DNA of 64,000 nucleotides from Myxococcota bacterium (lineage in GTDB: Bacteria; Myxococcota_A; UBA9160; SZUA-336): assembly GCA_965247115.1 (NCBI GenBank), contig CBDFGR010000002.1, forward strand, positions 1,152,001 through 1,216,000, given 5' to 3'. The notes beneath the pieces were generated by a model. The model searched no databases and was not told the DNA's origin. It was given only the letters and a program-made list of their open reading frames with translations. Below, piece by piece: positions 54,688 to 64,000 of this stretch (its first letter is position 1; each line of letters starts with the position of its first letter). Both the position numbers and the translations under genes were made by a program.

Positions 54688-56706
54688 TCAGGGAAGACCC
54701 AGCGCCACCAACTCGGCGGGGTGATCCTCGCCGCCGATCGCCACCACGATGTACTGCTTGCCGTTCCACATGTAGCTCATCGGTGCTCCAGTGGTCCCTG
54801 CAGCCAGCGCGGTTTCCCAAAGGACGGTGCCCGTGGCCTTGTCGTAGGCGCGAAACTTGTTTCCCCCACCGCCTTTCGGGGTCGCCACGATGATCGGACT
54901 GCCCTCACCGATGAAGAGGAGCGTCTTCGTGAGTAGTGGAGCCGGGCGGCCTTGCTGCCCCAGGGGAGGCAGATTCAGGTGCCGCAAGCGCGGGTGATTG
55001 CGCGGGCCGTCTCCGTTGGGGGTCATCCACACATGATCGCCTGTATTCAGATCGATCGCGGTGATGCGGCCATACGGTGGCTTGACGAGCGGCAGGCCCT
55101 CCGGACCGTGGATCTCGAACTGCGGACAGCAGTCGCCCTTTCCGGAGAGCGGCGGCCCCGCTGGCCCGTGCATGTACGGCGTCGTCGCCTCGATCAACGC
55201 GGGGGGCCTGACGAGATCGTTCACCCAGGGGTGCGTGTGCGATGCGACGTAGAAGATCCCCGTCTCGGGGTCGAACCCCCCACCGTTCCAGTTCGCGCCT
55301 CCAGCCCCACCCGGAAGGGTGATCGTGCCCTGCGTGTGCCCCTCTGCCGCCACCGACGGCGGCGTGAAGAGCGGCCCGAGCACATACGGTTTGACGATCT
55401 CGAGCGCCTCCGCCCGCAGCTCCGGCGTGAAATCGATCAGATCGTCGACGGTGAATCCCTGACGGTCGAACGGGGCCGGCTTGGTCGGGAAGGGCTGTGT
55501 GGGCCACGCCCTCTCCCCGGGCGTCGTGGACGCCGGAACCGGCCGCTCTTCGATCGGCCACACGGGCTCCCCCGTCACGCGGTCAAACACGAACAGGAAG
55601 CCGTGCTTGGTGAGCTGCATCACCGCCTTGATGGGCTTCCCAGCGACGGTGATATCGCCGAGCACCGGCGCCGACGCCAGGTCGTAGTCCCAGATGTCGT
55701 GATGCACGAGCTGGTAGTGCCACACCCGCTGGCCCGTTTTCGCGTCGAGGCACACGAGACTGTTGGCGAAGAGAGTCTGTCCGGGCCGGTGGGCACCGTA
55801 GAAGCCGTGTACGGGAGAGGACAGTGGCAGATAGACGTAGCCCAGCTCCTCATCAACGGTGAGGGGCGCCCAAGCCCCCATGGCCCCGCCGATCTTCCAG
55901 GAGTCGTCTTCCCATGTCTCGAAGCCGAATTCCCCCGGCTGCGGCACCACATGGAAGGTCCAGCGCAGACGGCCGGTCCGCACGTCATACCCTCGGACAT
56001 CCTCCGCAGGTCCCTCCTTCACCACTGGAAAGTCGCTACCGGCGCCGCCGCCGCCAACGATGACCACGTCGCCCACGACGATGGGGCCTGACGACCCGCC
56101 GGCGGGAATCAACGCAGTAGGGTCGTCCCTCTTCAGATCCACCTTCCCACCATCGCCAAAGTCTCGAACCAGGCTCCCCGTCTCCGCGCTCATCGACACG
56201 AGATAGTCGCCTCGCACCGAGAAGATTCTCTGGCTCGAACCGCTGCTCCAGTGAGCGACCCCCCGCGTGCTGTTCCCGGCCACGCCCCGAAACCCCTCAT
56301 GGAGCGGTTCCTGGATCCAGAGCGTCTCGCCGGTCCCGGGATCGATCGCTTCCACCAACCCGATGCTGTTCGATGTGTAGAGCACGCCGCCAATCATGAG
56401 GGGCGTCGATCGGAAGTTATTGAATGGGCTCAGGTCAGGAAACGTCTCCGTGAGCTCGGGATCCACGCCTGGCCGGCGCCAGAGAACGCGAAGCTGGCTG
56501 ACGTTGTCGCGATCGATCTGCGCCAGAGGGGTGTACTTCGTGTTTGCTCCATCGGCGCCGTAGCTACTCCATTCACCATGGGCCGCCGGCTGCTGGGCAT
56601 GGACCTTATCCGCCTGCACTCCGAACAGGCTCAAGTAGAGCCCCACAATCAGGATTCGTCGGATCCGTTTCCCGCTATCGGTAGGACTGACCACGCTAGC
56701 GTCCAT
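54688..56706 (-). CDS. PQQ-dependent quinoprotein (glucose dehydrogenase-like)
   Basis: GGAGG RBS, signal peptide, YTPLAQID..NV, W.YQLVHHDIWDYD, PTQPFP, GGANW.G, KPPYGRITAIDL, GKQYIVVA. Confidence 0.92.
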   Translation of the reverse strand: MDASVVSPTDSGKRIRRILIVGLYLSLFGVQADKVHAQQPAAHGEWSSYGADGANTKYTPLAQIDRDNVSQLRVLWRRPGVDPELTETFPDLSPFNNFRSTPLMIGGVLYTSNSIGLVEAIDPGTGETLWIQEPLHEGFRGVAGNSTRGVAHWSSGSSQRIFSVRGDYLVSMSAETGSLVRDFGDGGKVDLKRDDPTALIPAGGSSGPIVVGDVVIVGGGGAGSDFPVVKEGPAEDVRGYDVRTGRLRWTFHVVPQPGEFGFETWEDDSWKIGGAMGAWAPLTVDEELGYVYLPLSSPVHGFYGAHRPGQTLFANSLVCLDAKTGQRVWHYQLVHHDIWDYDLASAPVLGDITVAGKPIKAVMQLTKHGFLFVFDRVTGEPVWPIEERPVPASTTPGERAWPTQPFPTKPAPFDRQGFTVDDLIDFTPELRAEALEIVKPYVLGPLFTPPSVAAEGHTQGTITLPGGAGGANWNGGGFDPETGIFYVASHTHPWVNDLVRPPALIEATTPYMHGPAGPPLSGKGDCCPQFEIHGPEGLPLVKPPYGRITAIDLNTGDHVWMTPNGDGPRNHPRLRHLNLPPLGQQGRPAPLLTKTLLFIGEGSPIIVATPKGGGGNKFRAYDKATGTVLWETALAAGTTGAPMSYMWNGKQYIVVAIGGEDHPAELVALGLP

Positions 56707-56895
56707 CGTGCACCTCCAATCGCAGAAGTCTACGAGAGCTCGTTGGTCTCTGACAAGCGCATCAAGCAGCTCGAGCGGAACGCAGCTGAGCTGCGGAGGC
56801 GTTGTGGAGACAACTCCAACGTTCTGTCATAACTAGGTTTTCTTCGAGCGCTTCAAGGGCTGTGGAGGCCCCATGCGTAGGATGTGACGACGCGG

Positions 56896-57669
56896 ATGAG
56901 ATGTCTCCTCGTTTCCGACCTCCACTACGTCCTCAAGCAGTTCGACTGGGTTCTGGGGACGGCGGAGCAATTCGACGTGGTCGTAGTCGCGGGCGATCAC
57001 ATCGACATCTCCTCGAGCGTCGACGCTCGTACGCAGATCCTCGTGATCTCGAAGTACCTCAGACAGCTGAGAGCCAAGACCCGCGTCCTCGTCTGCTCGG
57101 GAAATCACGACCTGGATACCCGAAACGACGCCGGCGAGAAGTACGCCCGCTGGGTGTCCGCACTTCGCGCCCAGGAGATCCCGACCGACGGAGATTCTTA
57201 CGAGACCCACGAGACACTGTTCACGGTCTGTCCGTGGTGGGACGGCCCGCAGACCCAACGGGCCGTCGGCGCGCTCCTGGAGCGCGACGCCGCCAAGAAG
57301 AAAGCCGCCTGGATCTGGGTCTACCACGCTCCGCCGAGCGACTCGCCGACCTGCCAGGCGGGCAAGCGCTCCATCGGTGACGATGCTCTCGCGGGCTGGA
57401 TCGACCACTACGAGCCGCAGATCGTTCTCTGCGGACACATCCACCAGTCGCCGTTTTCCAAGGACGGGTCCTGGGTCGATCACAGAGGCTCCACGTGGGT
57501 GTTCAACGCGGGCCGACAGATCGGCCCGGTGCCGACCCACGTCATCTTCGACACCGAACGAGAGGCGGCAGTCTGGTTCTCACTGGCTGGCGCCGAGGCC
57601 ATCGCGCTCGATCGTCCGCTCGAGCGACCGATTCCCGAGCTGACTGAGCTACCGGACTGGCTCAGATAG
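56896..57669 (+). CDS. Calcineurin-like metallophosphoesterase (Icc/CpdA-like)
   Basis: SDLH, AGDHID, GNHD, YHAPP, CGHIH motifs. Confidence 0.88.
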   Translation: MRCLLVSDLHYVLKQFDWVLGTAEQFDVVVVAGDHIDISSSVDARTQILVISKYLRQLRAKTRVLVCSGNHDLDTRNDAGEKYARWVSALRAQEIPTDGDSYETHETLFTVCPWWDGPQTQRAVGALLERDAAKKKAAWIWVYHAPPSDSPTCQAGKRSIGDDALAGWIDHYEPQIVLCGHIHQSPFSKDGSWVDHRGSTWVFNAGRQIGPVPTHVIFDTEREAAVWFSLAGAEAIALDRPLERPIPELTELPDWLR

Positions 57670-58150
57670 TCGTGTCCGGGTCGCGCTCGGAGCCAAGCTC
57701 GAGCTCTTCGTCTTGTTGATGGACAAGCGCCTCGAGCACTTCGTCGATCATTCCGAAGTGCTCGTCGCTCCCTTCGAACTGCCTCTTCAGATCGACGAGA
57801 TAGCCCGTGATGCTATCGAGGCGCTGCGCGAGAAGTGTGGCAACGCCGTAGGTCACCTCGGTGTGGGACTTGAGGAATTCGGCCGCGCGCTCGACCCGGT
57901 GAACGCGACACTCCGAGATCGTCTTGACCGTCGCTGTGTGCGCGATGTCGAGCAGCACCGAGACCTCGCCGAACAGGGATCCGGGCTCTTCGACCGTGCG
58001 GATCTGGAAGCCGCCCTTGAGAATCTCGATCGATCCATCGATCAGGACGCAGAGAACTCCCGCGCGTCCCCCCTCCTCGAGCAGGACCTCGCCGGCAGCC
58101 ACCCGCTCCTCCGCAAGGTCGCCGCAGTGATTGAGTATCAAGCGCGCCAC
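57662..58150 (-). CDS. Stand-alone cyclic nucleotide-binding domain protein
   Basis: GEVLLEEG, LIDGSIEI, GSLFGEVSVLL...HTATV, LLAQRL; no HTH; likely GTG start 58150. Confidence 0.85.
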   Translation of the reverse strand: MARLILNHCGDLAEERVAAGEVLLEEGGRAGVLCVLIDGSIEILKGGFQIRTVEEPGSLFGEVSVLLDIAHTATVKTISECRVHRVERAAEFLKSHTEVTYGVATLLAQRLDSITGYLVDLKRQFEGSDEHFGMIDEVLEALVHQQDEELELGSERDPDTTI

Positions 58151-58154
58151 TTCT

Positions 58155-59453
58155 TCACTGCGACTCGACTTCGGGACAGGGCGATTCGGGGAAGCAGGCA
58201 TCCGAGAACCAGGCATCGAAGTCTTCGTAGGAGCGGATTTCTGTCGCTTCGAGGAGGGCTCCGGCCTGGTCGATCAGGCCCGGCGTGACGACAAGGGCCG
58301 TCCGGTCGTCGAGCATGACGGTAGGCGTGCCCGAGAGCGGTGCCTGCTCCGCGATCTGCTGGGCAATCGAGCCGTACCGTGACGCGAAGTCCTGAGCGGC
58401 TGCGTTGGAAGACCAGCGCGTCAGCCAGACGAGCTCCCATGTAGCGCCGCAGGCGATCTGAAGAAAGCGGTCGCCGCGCCATGTTCGTGCGACGCTCTCA
58501 CGCTCTGCAACGCCCTGGTACTGCTTGAACAGCGTGTCGATCGTGACGGCCCCGGCGACGTTGTCGGCTCCGAGCTCGCAGCCACGGACAGCGAGATGTT
58601 CGGAGAGCTCCCGCCGTGGAAGTGAGACGAACTCGACGGGAACGCGGTGCTCGGGAAGCGAGACCGCTGCGGTGGACAGCGGGGCATTCTCGAGTGCTCG
58701 ATCAAGCGCGGAGTTTCCGCCCTTGCTGTACTGCCGCGCTGCAAAGACCGTCCCCTCCGCGTAGGGAAAGACCAGTCCCACCTGCAGCAGGAGCGGGACC
58801 TGGGCCATGACACCGCGGGGATCCGTCAGACTCTCCCGAAAGAGCGAGCGCACGCGTTCGGCACTCTGGATGTCGCGCCGCATCCCCCCGCCCTCCACCC
58901 CGAGCATCGTCAAGGAGGCATCCCCCTCCATGGTGGCACCGAGCGCGCTCACCAGGTCGTCGTTTCGCCGGAGCTGCATGGCCACCGCGAGCGTGCGGCG
59001 AAAGTGCTGATGGTGCAGAGCGTGGACAAGCTCGTGTACGACGATAGGGCCAGCGTAGGCCGCAGCGGGATCCGCTACGACGTACATGGTGCGCTTCCGC
59101 GGGCTGTACAGGCCCAGCAGCTGCTCCTCGTAGAGGCCGAGCAGGGTCTCGACCAGGTCGATCCCCGGCGGGAGCATTCCGAGCGCGACGTAAGCATCGC
59201 GATACCGGGCCTGGTCGCCGGCGTAGGCGGACTCGAGCTCCTCGCGGACGATCGCGGAGGTATCTCCGGGACGGAGCCAGCGGAAGCGGACGGGTCCTGC
59301 AAACTCCAGCCCCCGCAGCCGCACGGCTTCGGCCTTCCAGCTCGCAACGACGGGGTCATCGCCCTGCTCGGAGACTCCCGCACAGGCAACGACCAGTGCG
59401 CTCGCGCACAGGCCGAGAGCCGGAGCCAGCCAGTTGGCCCTCAGATTCCCCAC
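58155..59453 (-). CDS. Lipoprotein with zincin-like motif (putative metallopeptidase)
   Basis: Lipobox VVAC; LGLYSP, HELVHAL..QHF (HExxH), EGDA, FPY.EG, W.GD. Confidence 0.75.
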   Translation of the reverse strand: MGNLRANWLAPALGLCASALVVACAGVSEQGDDPVVASWKAEAVRLRGLEFAGPVRFRWLRPGDTSAIVREELESAYAGDQARYRDAYVALGMLPPGIDLVETLLGLYEEQLLGLYSPRKRTMYVVADPAAAYAGPIVVHELVHALHHQHFRRTLAVAMQLRRNDDLVSALGATMEGDASLTMLGVEGGGMRRDIQSAERVRSLFRESLTDPRGVMAQVPLLLQVGLVFPYAEGTVFAARQYSKGGNSALDRALENAPLSTAAVSLPEHRVPVEFVSLPRRELSEHLAVRGCELGADNVAGAVTIDTLFKQYQGVAERESVARTWRGDRFLQIACGATWELVWLTRWSSNAAAQDFASRYGSIAQQIAEQAPLSGTPTVMLDDRTALVVTPGLIDQAGALLEATEIRSYEDFDAWFSDACFPESPCPEVESQ

Positions 59454-61090
59454 CCGCTGCGATGCACGATCGGAAGGCGCCGACCACTCCCGTACGCCTT
59501 CGTGCTCACGCGGAGCACGATCGGGGCCTGGCGTCGCTTGTATTCGTTCCGATCGATTTGCCGCAGCACCCAGGCCACGGTTTCCTGTGTCGCCCCTGCC
59601 GGCGGCTGGATCGCGTCGCCGGGCAGGCCTTGCTCGATGGCCTGCGCCAGGATCTCGTCCAGCACTTCATAGGGAGGGAGCGAGTCCGTGTCGAGCTGGT
59701 CTGGGGCGAGCTCTGCCGAGGGAGGCTTGTTGATCGTGTTGTGCGGCACGCGCGGCTCGCCGAGGTTGGAGTGGCGCGCCAGCCCGTACACATCGCGCTT
59801 GAGCACGTCGCCGATCACCGCCAACCCGCCTACGAGATCACCGTAGAGTGTCGTGTAGCCGACCGAGAGCTCGCTCTTGTTCCCCGTCGCCAGCACGATC
59901 CGACCCTCGTGGTTGCTCTCCGCCATCAGCAGCGAGCCACGAATTCGCGCCTGGATGTTCTCCTGCGTGAGCCCGTAGCTCTCGCTCGGACCGAACAAGC
60001 CGGCAAACTGCTCGAGATACGCCTTGTAGATCGAGTCGATCCGAACGAGCCGGACGTCGATGCCAAGGTTTCGCCCGAGAGTCTCTGCGTCGCGAATGCT
60101 GTGCTCGGAGGAGAAGGGACCAGGCATCAGGATCCCGAGCACGTTCTCCGCACCGAGGGCGCGCTCGGCGATGTGGGCGGTGACCGCGGAATCGATCCCT
60201 CCCGACAGCCCGATCACGGCCGTGCTCAACCCGAGCTTGTGCAGGTAGTCACGTACACCGAGCACCAGAGCGCGCTCGAGCAGCTCGAGATCCGGCTCGA
60301 GCGGCGTGACCTCGGGACGACCACTCTCGAAGGGGTCGACGACCGCAAAGTCCTCGTCAAAGCGCGCCAGCCGCTCGACCACGCTGCCCGAGGCGTCGAC
60401 CACGAAGCTCGTGCCGTCGAAGATCAGCTCGTCGTTCCCGCCGACGAGATTCACGAATACGATCGGGACGCGATGCCGACACGCCGCATCGCGGAGCATG
60501 GACTCGCGCAGTTGGATCTTGCCCTGCTCCCACGGCGAGGCCGAGATGGTCAGGATGAGCTCGGCACCCTGCGCCACGAGCTCGTCGACAGGGTCAACGG
60601 GATACGGTCGGCTCTCGCCCCAGAACTCGCCGCTCCAGACGTCCTCGCAGATGCTGAGCCCGATCTTCCTGCCGCGGAAGGTCCAGAGCCGGCGCGTGTC
60701 CGCGGGCTCGAAGTAGCGAGACTCGTCGAACACATCGTAGGCAGGGAGCAGCGTCTTGGGCTGGACGTGGGCGATCCGGCCGTCTTCGAGCGCCACGGCC
60801 GCGTTGCCGATCTTCTTGGGGCGCCCGCCAGGCGCCGGCATGATCGCCCCGGTGACGACCGTCATGTCCTCGGTGTCCGGCAAGAGCGCGTCGAGTGCCG
60901 CCGTCTGATCGCGCAGAAAGGTCGGGCGCTCGAGCAGATCCAGCGGCGGATAACCGCAGATGCCGAGCTCGGGGACCACCACAAGGTCCGCCGAGGCTTC
61001 GCGCGCCCGGGCGATCGCGTCGCGGATCCGACTCAGGTTGCCGTCGAAGTCCCCGACCGTGAGATTCACCTGTGCGATCGCAAGCCGCAT
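59441..61090 (-). CDS. nadE: Glutamine-dependent NAD+ synthetase
   Basis: Nitrilase domain PEL..CGYPP.DL, K..LP.Y.VFDE.RYF, ICEDVW; synthetase SGGIDS, ENIQARIRG, TGNKSE, PPSAEL, EYKRRQ. Confidence 0.95.
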   Translation of the reverse strand: MRLAIAQVNLTVGDFDGNLSRIRDAIARAREASADLVVVPELGICGYPPLDLLERPTFLRDQTAALDALLPDTEDMTVVTGAIMPAPGGRPKKIGNAAVALEDGRIAHVQPKTLLPAYDVFDESRYFEPADTRRLWTFRGRKIGLSICEDVWSGEFWGESRPYPVDPVDELVAQGAELILTISASPWEQGKIQLRESMLRDAACRHRVPIVFVNLVGGNDELIFDGTSFVVDASGSVVERLARFDEDFAVVDPFESGRPEVTPLEPDLELLERALVLGVRDYLHKLGLSTAVIGLSGGIDSAVTAHIAERALGAENVLGILMPGPFSSEHSIRDAETLGRNLGIDVRLVRIDSIYKAYLEQFAGLFGPSESYGLTQENIQARIRGSLLMAESNHEGRIVLATGNKSELSVGYTTLYGDLVGGLAVIGDVLKRDVYGLARHSNLGEPRVPHNTINKPPSAELAPDQLDTDSLPPYEVLDEILAQAIEQGLPGDAIQPPAGATQETVAWVLRQIDRNEYKRRQAPIVLRVSTKAYGSGRRLPIVHRSGWGI

Positions 61091-61171
61091 CGCTGCCCGC
61101 CCACCGAGTCGTTCTCACCATAGCGCCTCCACCTGGGGCGCACAGGGGCGCTGAGAGCCTCGCAGCCCGGG

Positions 61172-61606
61172 CTAGAGGCTCCCGCCGATGTACTTGCGCA
61201 ACGACTCGATCTCCGCCTCGCGCTCTTCGAGCTCGACAAAGAGCAGATCCCGCATCGAGATCATGTCGATGATCGCCCCGTCCACGACCACCGGGAGGTG
61301 CCGGCAGCCGGCTCGCTGCATCTTGGCTACCGCGATCAGGCGGCTCTCTCCGGGCGAGGCCGTCACCGGATCGGGCGTCATGACCTCGCGGAGCGAGGTC
61401 TTGTCGAGCGAGCGCCCCTTTGCACAGACCCGCCGCAGCAGATCGCGCTCACTGAAGATGCCGACCAGGCGGTCTTGCTCGACGACGAGTACGGCGCCGA
61501 CCTCGCGCGAGGCCATCACCGAAACGGCAGCCTCGACAGTCTGATCCAGCGCGAACGTGTGCACCACGGGAGAGCGACGCTGGAGAATCTGGGCAAGCAA
61601 ACCCAT
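61172..61606 (-). CDS. CBS domain pair protein
   Basis: VGAVLV, GIFSERDL, VMTPDP, RHLPVV, ISMRDL; GGAGG RBS. Confidence 0.9.
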   Translation of the reverse strand: MGLLAQILQRRSPVVHTFALDQTVEAAVSVMASREVGAVLVVEQDRLVGIFSERDLLRRVCAKGRSLDKTSLREVMTPDPVTASPGESRLIAVAKMQRAGCRHLPVVVDGAIIDMISMRDLLFVELEEREAEIESLRKYIGGSL

Positions 61607-61757
61607 GCCTATTGCCTCCGGATTCCACTAGCTTGCTCCTCTTTCCTGTCCGCTTTCAACCGAAAAACGCGAGCTTTTGCTGCGCCGCGTGCTTGCGTCG
61701 GAAGTTGCCGCTAGGATCGGACCCGCCCTCGCCTCCCCCAGCCTCGAAAGAAACAGA

Positions 61758-63671
61758 ATGCGCGCCGTCGATGCTTCGCCGATCTCGGACAGCGAGATCG
61801 CAGGGGGACTGAGCAGACTGGGCCACGAGAGCTTCCGCGCGGGTCAGCGGGAGGCGGTCGAGACGCTGCTCGAACAAGGCAGGCTGTTGCACGTGGCTCC
61901 GACGGGTGGCGGCAAGAGCCTGGTCTACCAGCTGCCAGCCATCCTGCTAGAGGGAACCAGCCTGGTCATCTCCCCGCTGATCTCGCTCATGCACGATCAG
62001 GTCCGGGCTCTCACCGCGCGGGGCATTGCCGCGACCTTCCTGGCCTCGACGCTCGAGGCCTCCGAGATGCGTCAGCGTCTCAGGAAGGTGGCACGCGGCG
62101 AGTACAAGCTGGTCTACGTCGCACCGGAGCGGCTCGGCTTTCCTGGCTTCCGAGCTCTGGTCACAGATCTCGGCACCCCGCTCATCGCGGTGGACGAGGC
62201 GCATTGCATCAGCGAGTGGGGGCACGACTTCCGACCTGAGTACCTGCAGATCGGAGAGCTGGTGCGGGAGCATCCCGACGCGCGCGTGCTCGCCTGCACC
62301 GCGACCGCGACTCCCGTCGTCCGCGACGAGATCGTCGCGCGCCTGGAGCTCGGCAGCGCAACGCCACAGCTCGTGCAGGGCTTCGCGCGACCGAACCTCG
62401 GCCTGCGCGTGGCAGAGGTCGTGAGCAAGCGCGACCGCGAGCGGCGTGTCGATGCGCTGCTTGCGGAGGCGATCGGGCACCCGGGCTCGCAGCGGGGAAC
62501 CGCGATCATCTACGCGCCGACGCGCAAGTCATCGGAGCAGGAAGGCGCTCGGCTTCGCACTGCGGGCTGGCGGGCCGCCGTGTACCACGCGGGGCTCGGG
62601 GGGCAGGTCCGGAGCACCGTCCATCAGGCCTTCGCGAACGGGCAGCTCGAGATCGTGGTGGCTACCAACGCCTTTGGAATGGGGATCGACCGGCCCGACG
62701 TCCGCGGTGTGATCCACCTCGCACCCCCGAGCTCGCTCGAGGCCTACTACCAGGAGGTCGGGCGGGCCGGGCGTGACGGCGCCGACTCGCTGGGGCTGCT
62801 GCTGATCTCTCCGGGGGATCTGGGACTGCGGCGCAGCCTGATTGAACGCGGGAACCCCGATGGTCCGATCGACCCGCAGCTGGTAGAGCACAAGTGGCAG
62901 CTGTTCCTCGAGCTCATGCGCTGGGCCGAGGGAGGAAGCTGTCGCCACGACGCCGTGCTGCGCTACTTCGGCGACGAGGCCGAGACGCTGGATGGGTGCG
63001 GCCGTTGCGACACCTGTCAGACCCTGAACGAGGAGCCTCCCGATTCGGACCAGGTCTCCACCATGGTTCGAAAGGCCCTGAGTGCGGTGGCCCGGGTGAA
63101 CGGCCGCTTTGGACTCCAGCTGGCTGCAAAGCTGCTGCGCGGGGATGCGGACGAGCGTCTGAGCCGCACTCGCCTCGATCAGTCGACGACCTTTGGCTGT
63201 CTCTGCGAACACTCGTTCGACTGGTTGCTGCGTCTGTTGCGGCGCTGCATCACGGCCGGCTGGGTCGACTTGAGCGGGGGCACACGACCGGTCGTCGCGC
63301 TCAGCGACTCGGGACGCTCGGTCATGCGCGGCGATCAGCCCGCCCGCATGCTCCTTCCCTCCACGTCGCCACCCAGCCCACCCCCCGCATCCGATACACC
63401 CAGGAAGAGGCGCCAGGCAAGACCGGACACGGAGAGGCTCGACCAGGCAGGGGCGCTGCTCTTCGAGGCGCTGCGACGCTACAGGCTCGAGCTCTCACGC
63501 GCCCAGGGAGTCCCGCCGTACGTCATCGCCAGCGACCGGGCGCTGCGCGAGCTCGCGCAGCTACGGCCCTCGACTCTGGCCGAGCTTCAGCTGGCGCACG
63601 GGATAGGTCCGGCGAAGGCAAAGAAGTATGGCCACGACCTGCTCAGGGTCGTCGCCGCGCAGCCGGGTTGA
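61758..63671 (+). CDS. recQ: RecQ family ATP-dependent DNA helicase (RQC + HRDC)
   Basis: PTGGGKSL.YQLPA, DEAHCISEWGHDFRPEY, TATAT, ATNAFGMGID, YYQEVGRAGRDG, CR..YF...CG.CD.C, HRDC VPPYVI. Confidence 0.95.
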   Translation: MRAVDASPISDSEIAGGLSRLGHESFRAGQREAVETLLEQGRLLHVAPTGGGKSLVYQLPAILLEGTSLVISPLISLMHDQVRALTARGIAATFLASTLEASEMRQRLRKVARGEYKLVYVAPERLGFPGFRALVTDLGTPLIAVDEAHCISEWGHDFRPEYLQIGELVREHPDARVLACTATATPVVRDEIVARLELGSATPQLVQGFARPNLGLRVAEVVSKRDRERRVDALLAEAIGHPGSQRGTAIIYAPTRKSSEQEGARLRTAGWRAAVYHAGLGGQVRSTVHQAFANGQLEIVVATNAFGMGIDRPDVRGVIHLAPPSSLEAYYQEVGRAGRDGADSLGLLLISPGDLGLRRSLIERGNPDGPIDPQLVEHKWQLFLELMRWAEGGSCRHDAVLRYFGDEAETLDGCGRCDTCQTLNEEPPDSDQVSTMVRKALSAVARVNGRFGLQLAAKLLRGDADERLSRTRLDQSTTFGCLCEHSFDWLLRLLRRCITAGWVDLSGGTRPVVALSDSGRSVMRGDQPARMLLPSTSPPSPPPASDTPRKRRQARPDTERLDQAGALLFEALRRYRLELSRAQGVPPYVIASDRALRELAQLRPSTLAELQLAHGIGPAKAKKYGHDLLRVVAAQPG

Positions 63672-64000
63672 CGGACTCGCTCCTGCGCACGTCCAGGATG
63701 GCGGCGCGCAGCTGACCGATCTCGCTCGCTTCGAGCAACGGGACCAGCGGAGCCAGGCTGCGCTCGTCGAGGGCGCTCGGAGCCACAGGCGCAGCTAGCG
63801 CCAGAGACTCCACAATGCGCTGGCCGAGCACGAGCAGTGCCGGGCGCAGCTCGCGTTCCAGATCGAGCGGCTCGACTGCCTTCGCGCGTACCTGGACCGC
63901 CCTGGCGAGCTCGATCTGGAGCTCGAAGAGCCGCAGCGCGGCACCGGGCTCGAGTCCGACGGCCCGTACCTGCTCTGCGACGCTGGCCAGCACGAGCTCT
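63643..64000 (-). CDS. C-terminal part of a probable AroQ-gamma chorismate mutase-like protein (runs off window end)
   Basis: VL..V..Q....GL.P.....LF..QIE.A.AVQ...LDL..ELRP.L..LG.RI resembles AroQ-gamma. Confidence 0.45.
   Translation of the reverse strand, partial: ELVLASVAEQVRAVGLEPGAALRLFELQIELARAVQVRAKAVEPLDLERELRPALLVLGQRIVESLALAAPVAPSALDERSLAPLVPLLEASEIGQLRAAILDVRRSESVNPAARRRP

Noticed and set aside
43500..56830. Intact prophage or ICE at tRNA-Arg
   Set aside because: No integrase, structural or conjugation genes, and no duplicated tRNA 3' end found in the window.
56740..56835. Possible IS transposase N-terminal remnant (KRIKQLERNAAELRRR.G.NS)
   Set aside because: Too short; no terminal inverted repeats or catalytic domain visible.
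56896..58150. Pycsar/CBASS-type anti-phage system
   Set aside because: No cyclase, no TIR/TM effector fused to the cNMP domain, and the genes are convergent rather than operonic.

Overview
High-GC bacterial chromosomal segment. It is most consistent with a Myxococcota/deltaproteobacteria-like genome (inference from the pilin type, the AGPS-FAR/GNPAT operon and a sigma54 promoter). It carries about 60 densely packed CDS, mostly housekeeping, lipid and catabolic enzymes, and one tRNA-Arg(TCT). Highlights: (1) a compact eukaryote-style ether-lipid operon, AGPS + FAR-GNPAT (FARAT-like) fusion + NAD(P)-dependent reductase (16938-22493). (2) An uncharacterised envelope locus: secreted Asp/Ser-repeat peptide, membrane protein, DUF6502 HTH-like protein and DUF5666 protein with an Asp/Ser tail, divergent from an outer-membrane beta-barrel, a lipoprotein and a kinase-like protein (31115-38337). 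Its divergent promoter region holds a 19-bp palindrome that recurs with perfect arms upstream of an orphan type IV pilin gene, suggesting a DUF6502 regulon. (3) A pervasive leaderless-mRNA signature (TANNNT 6-7 nt before start codons). (4) A plastic region around tRNA-Arg (about 43.5-56.8 kb) with a frameshifted TauD gene, a serine-recombinase remnant, a TPR remnant and a 239-bp duplicated gene end. All calls are by-eye motif recognition; no database searches were run.
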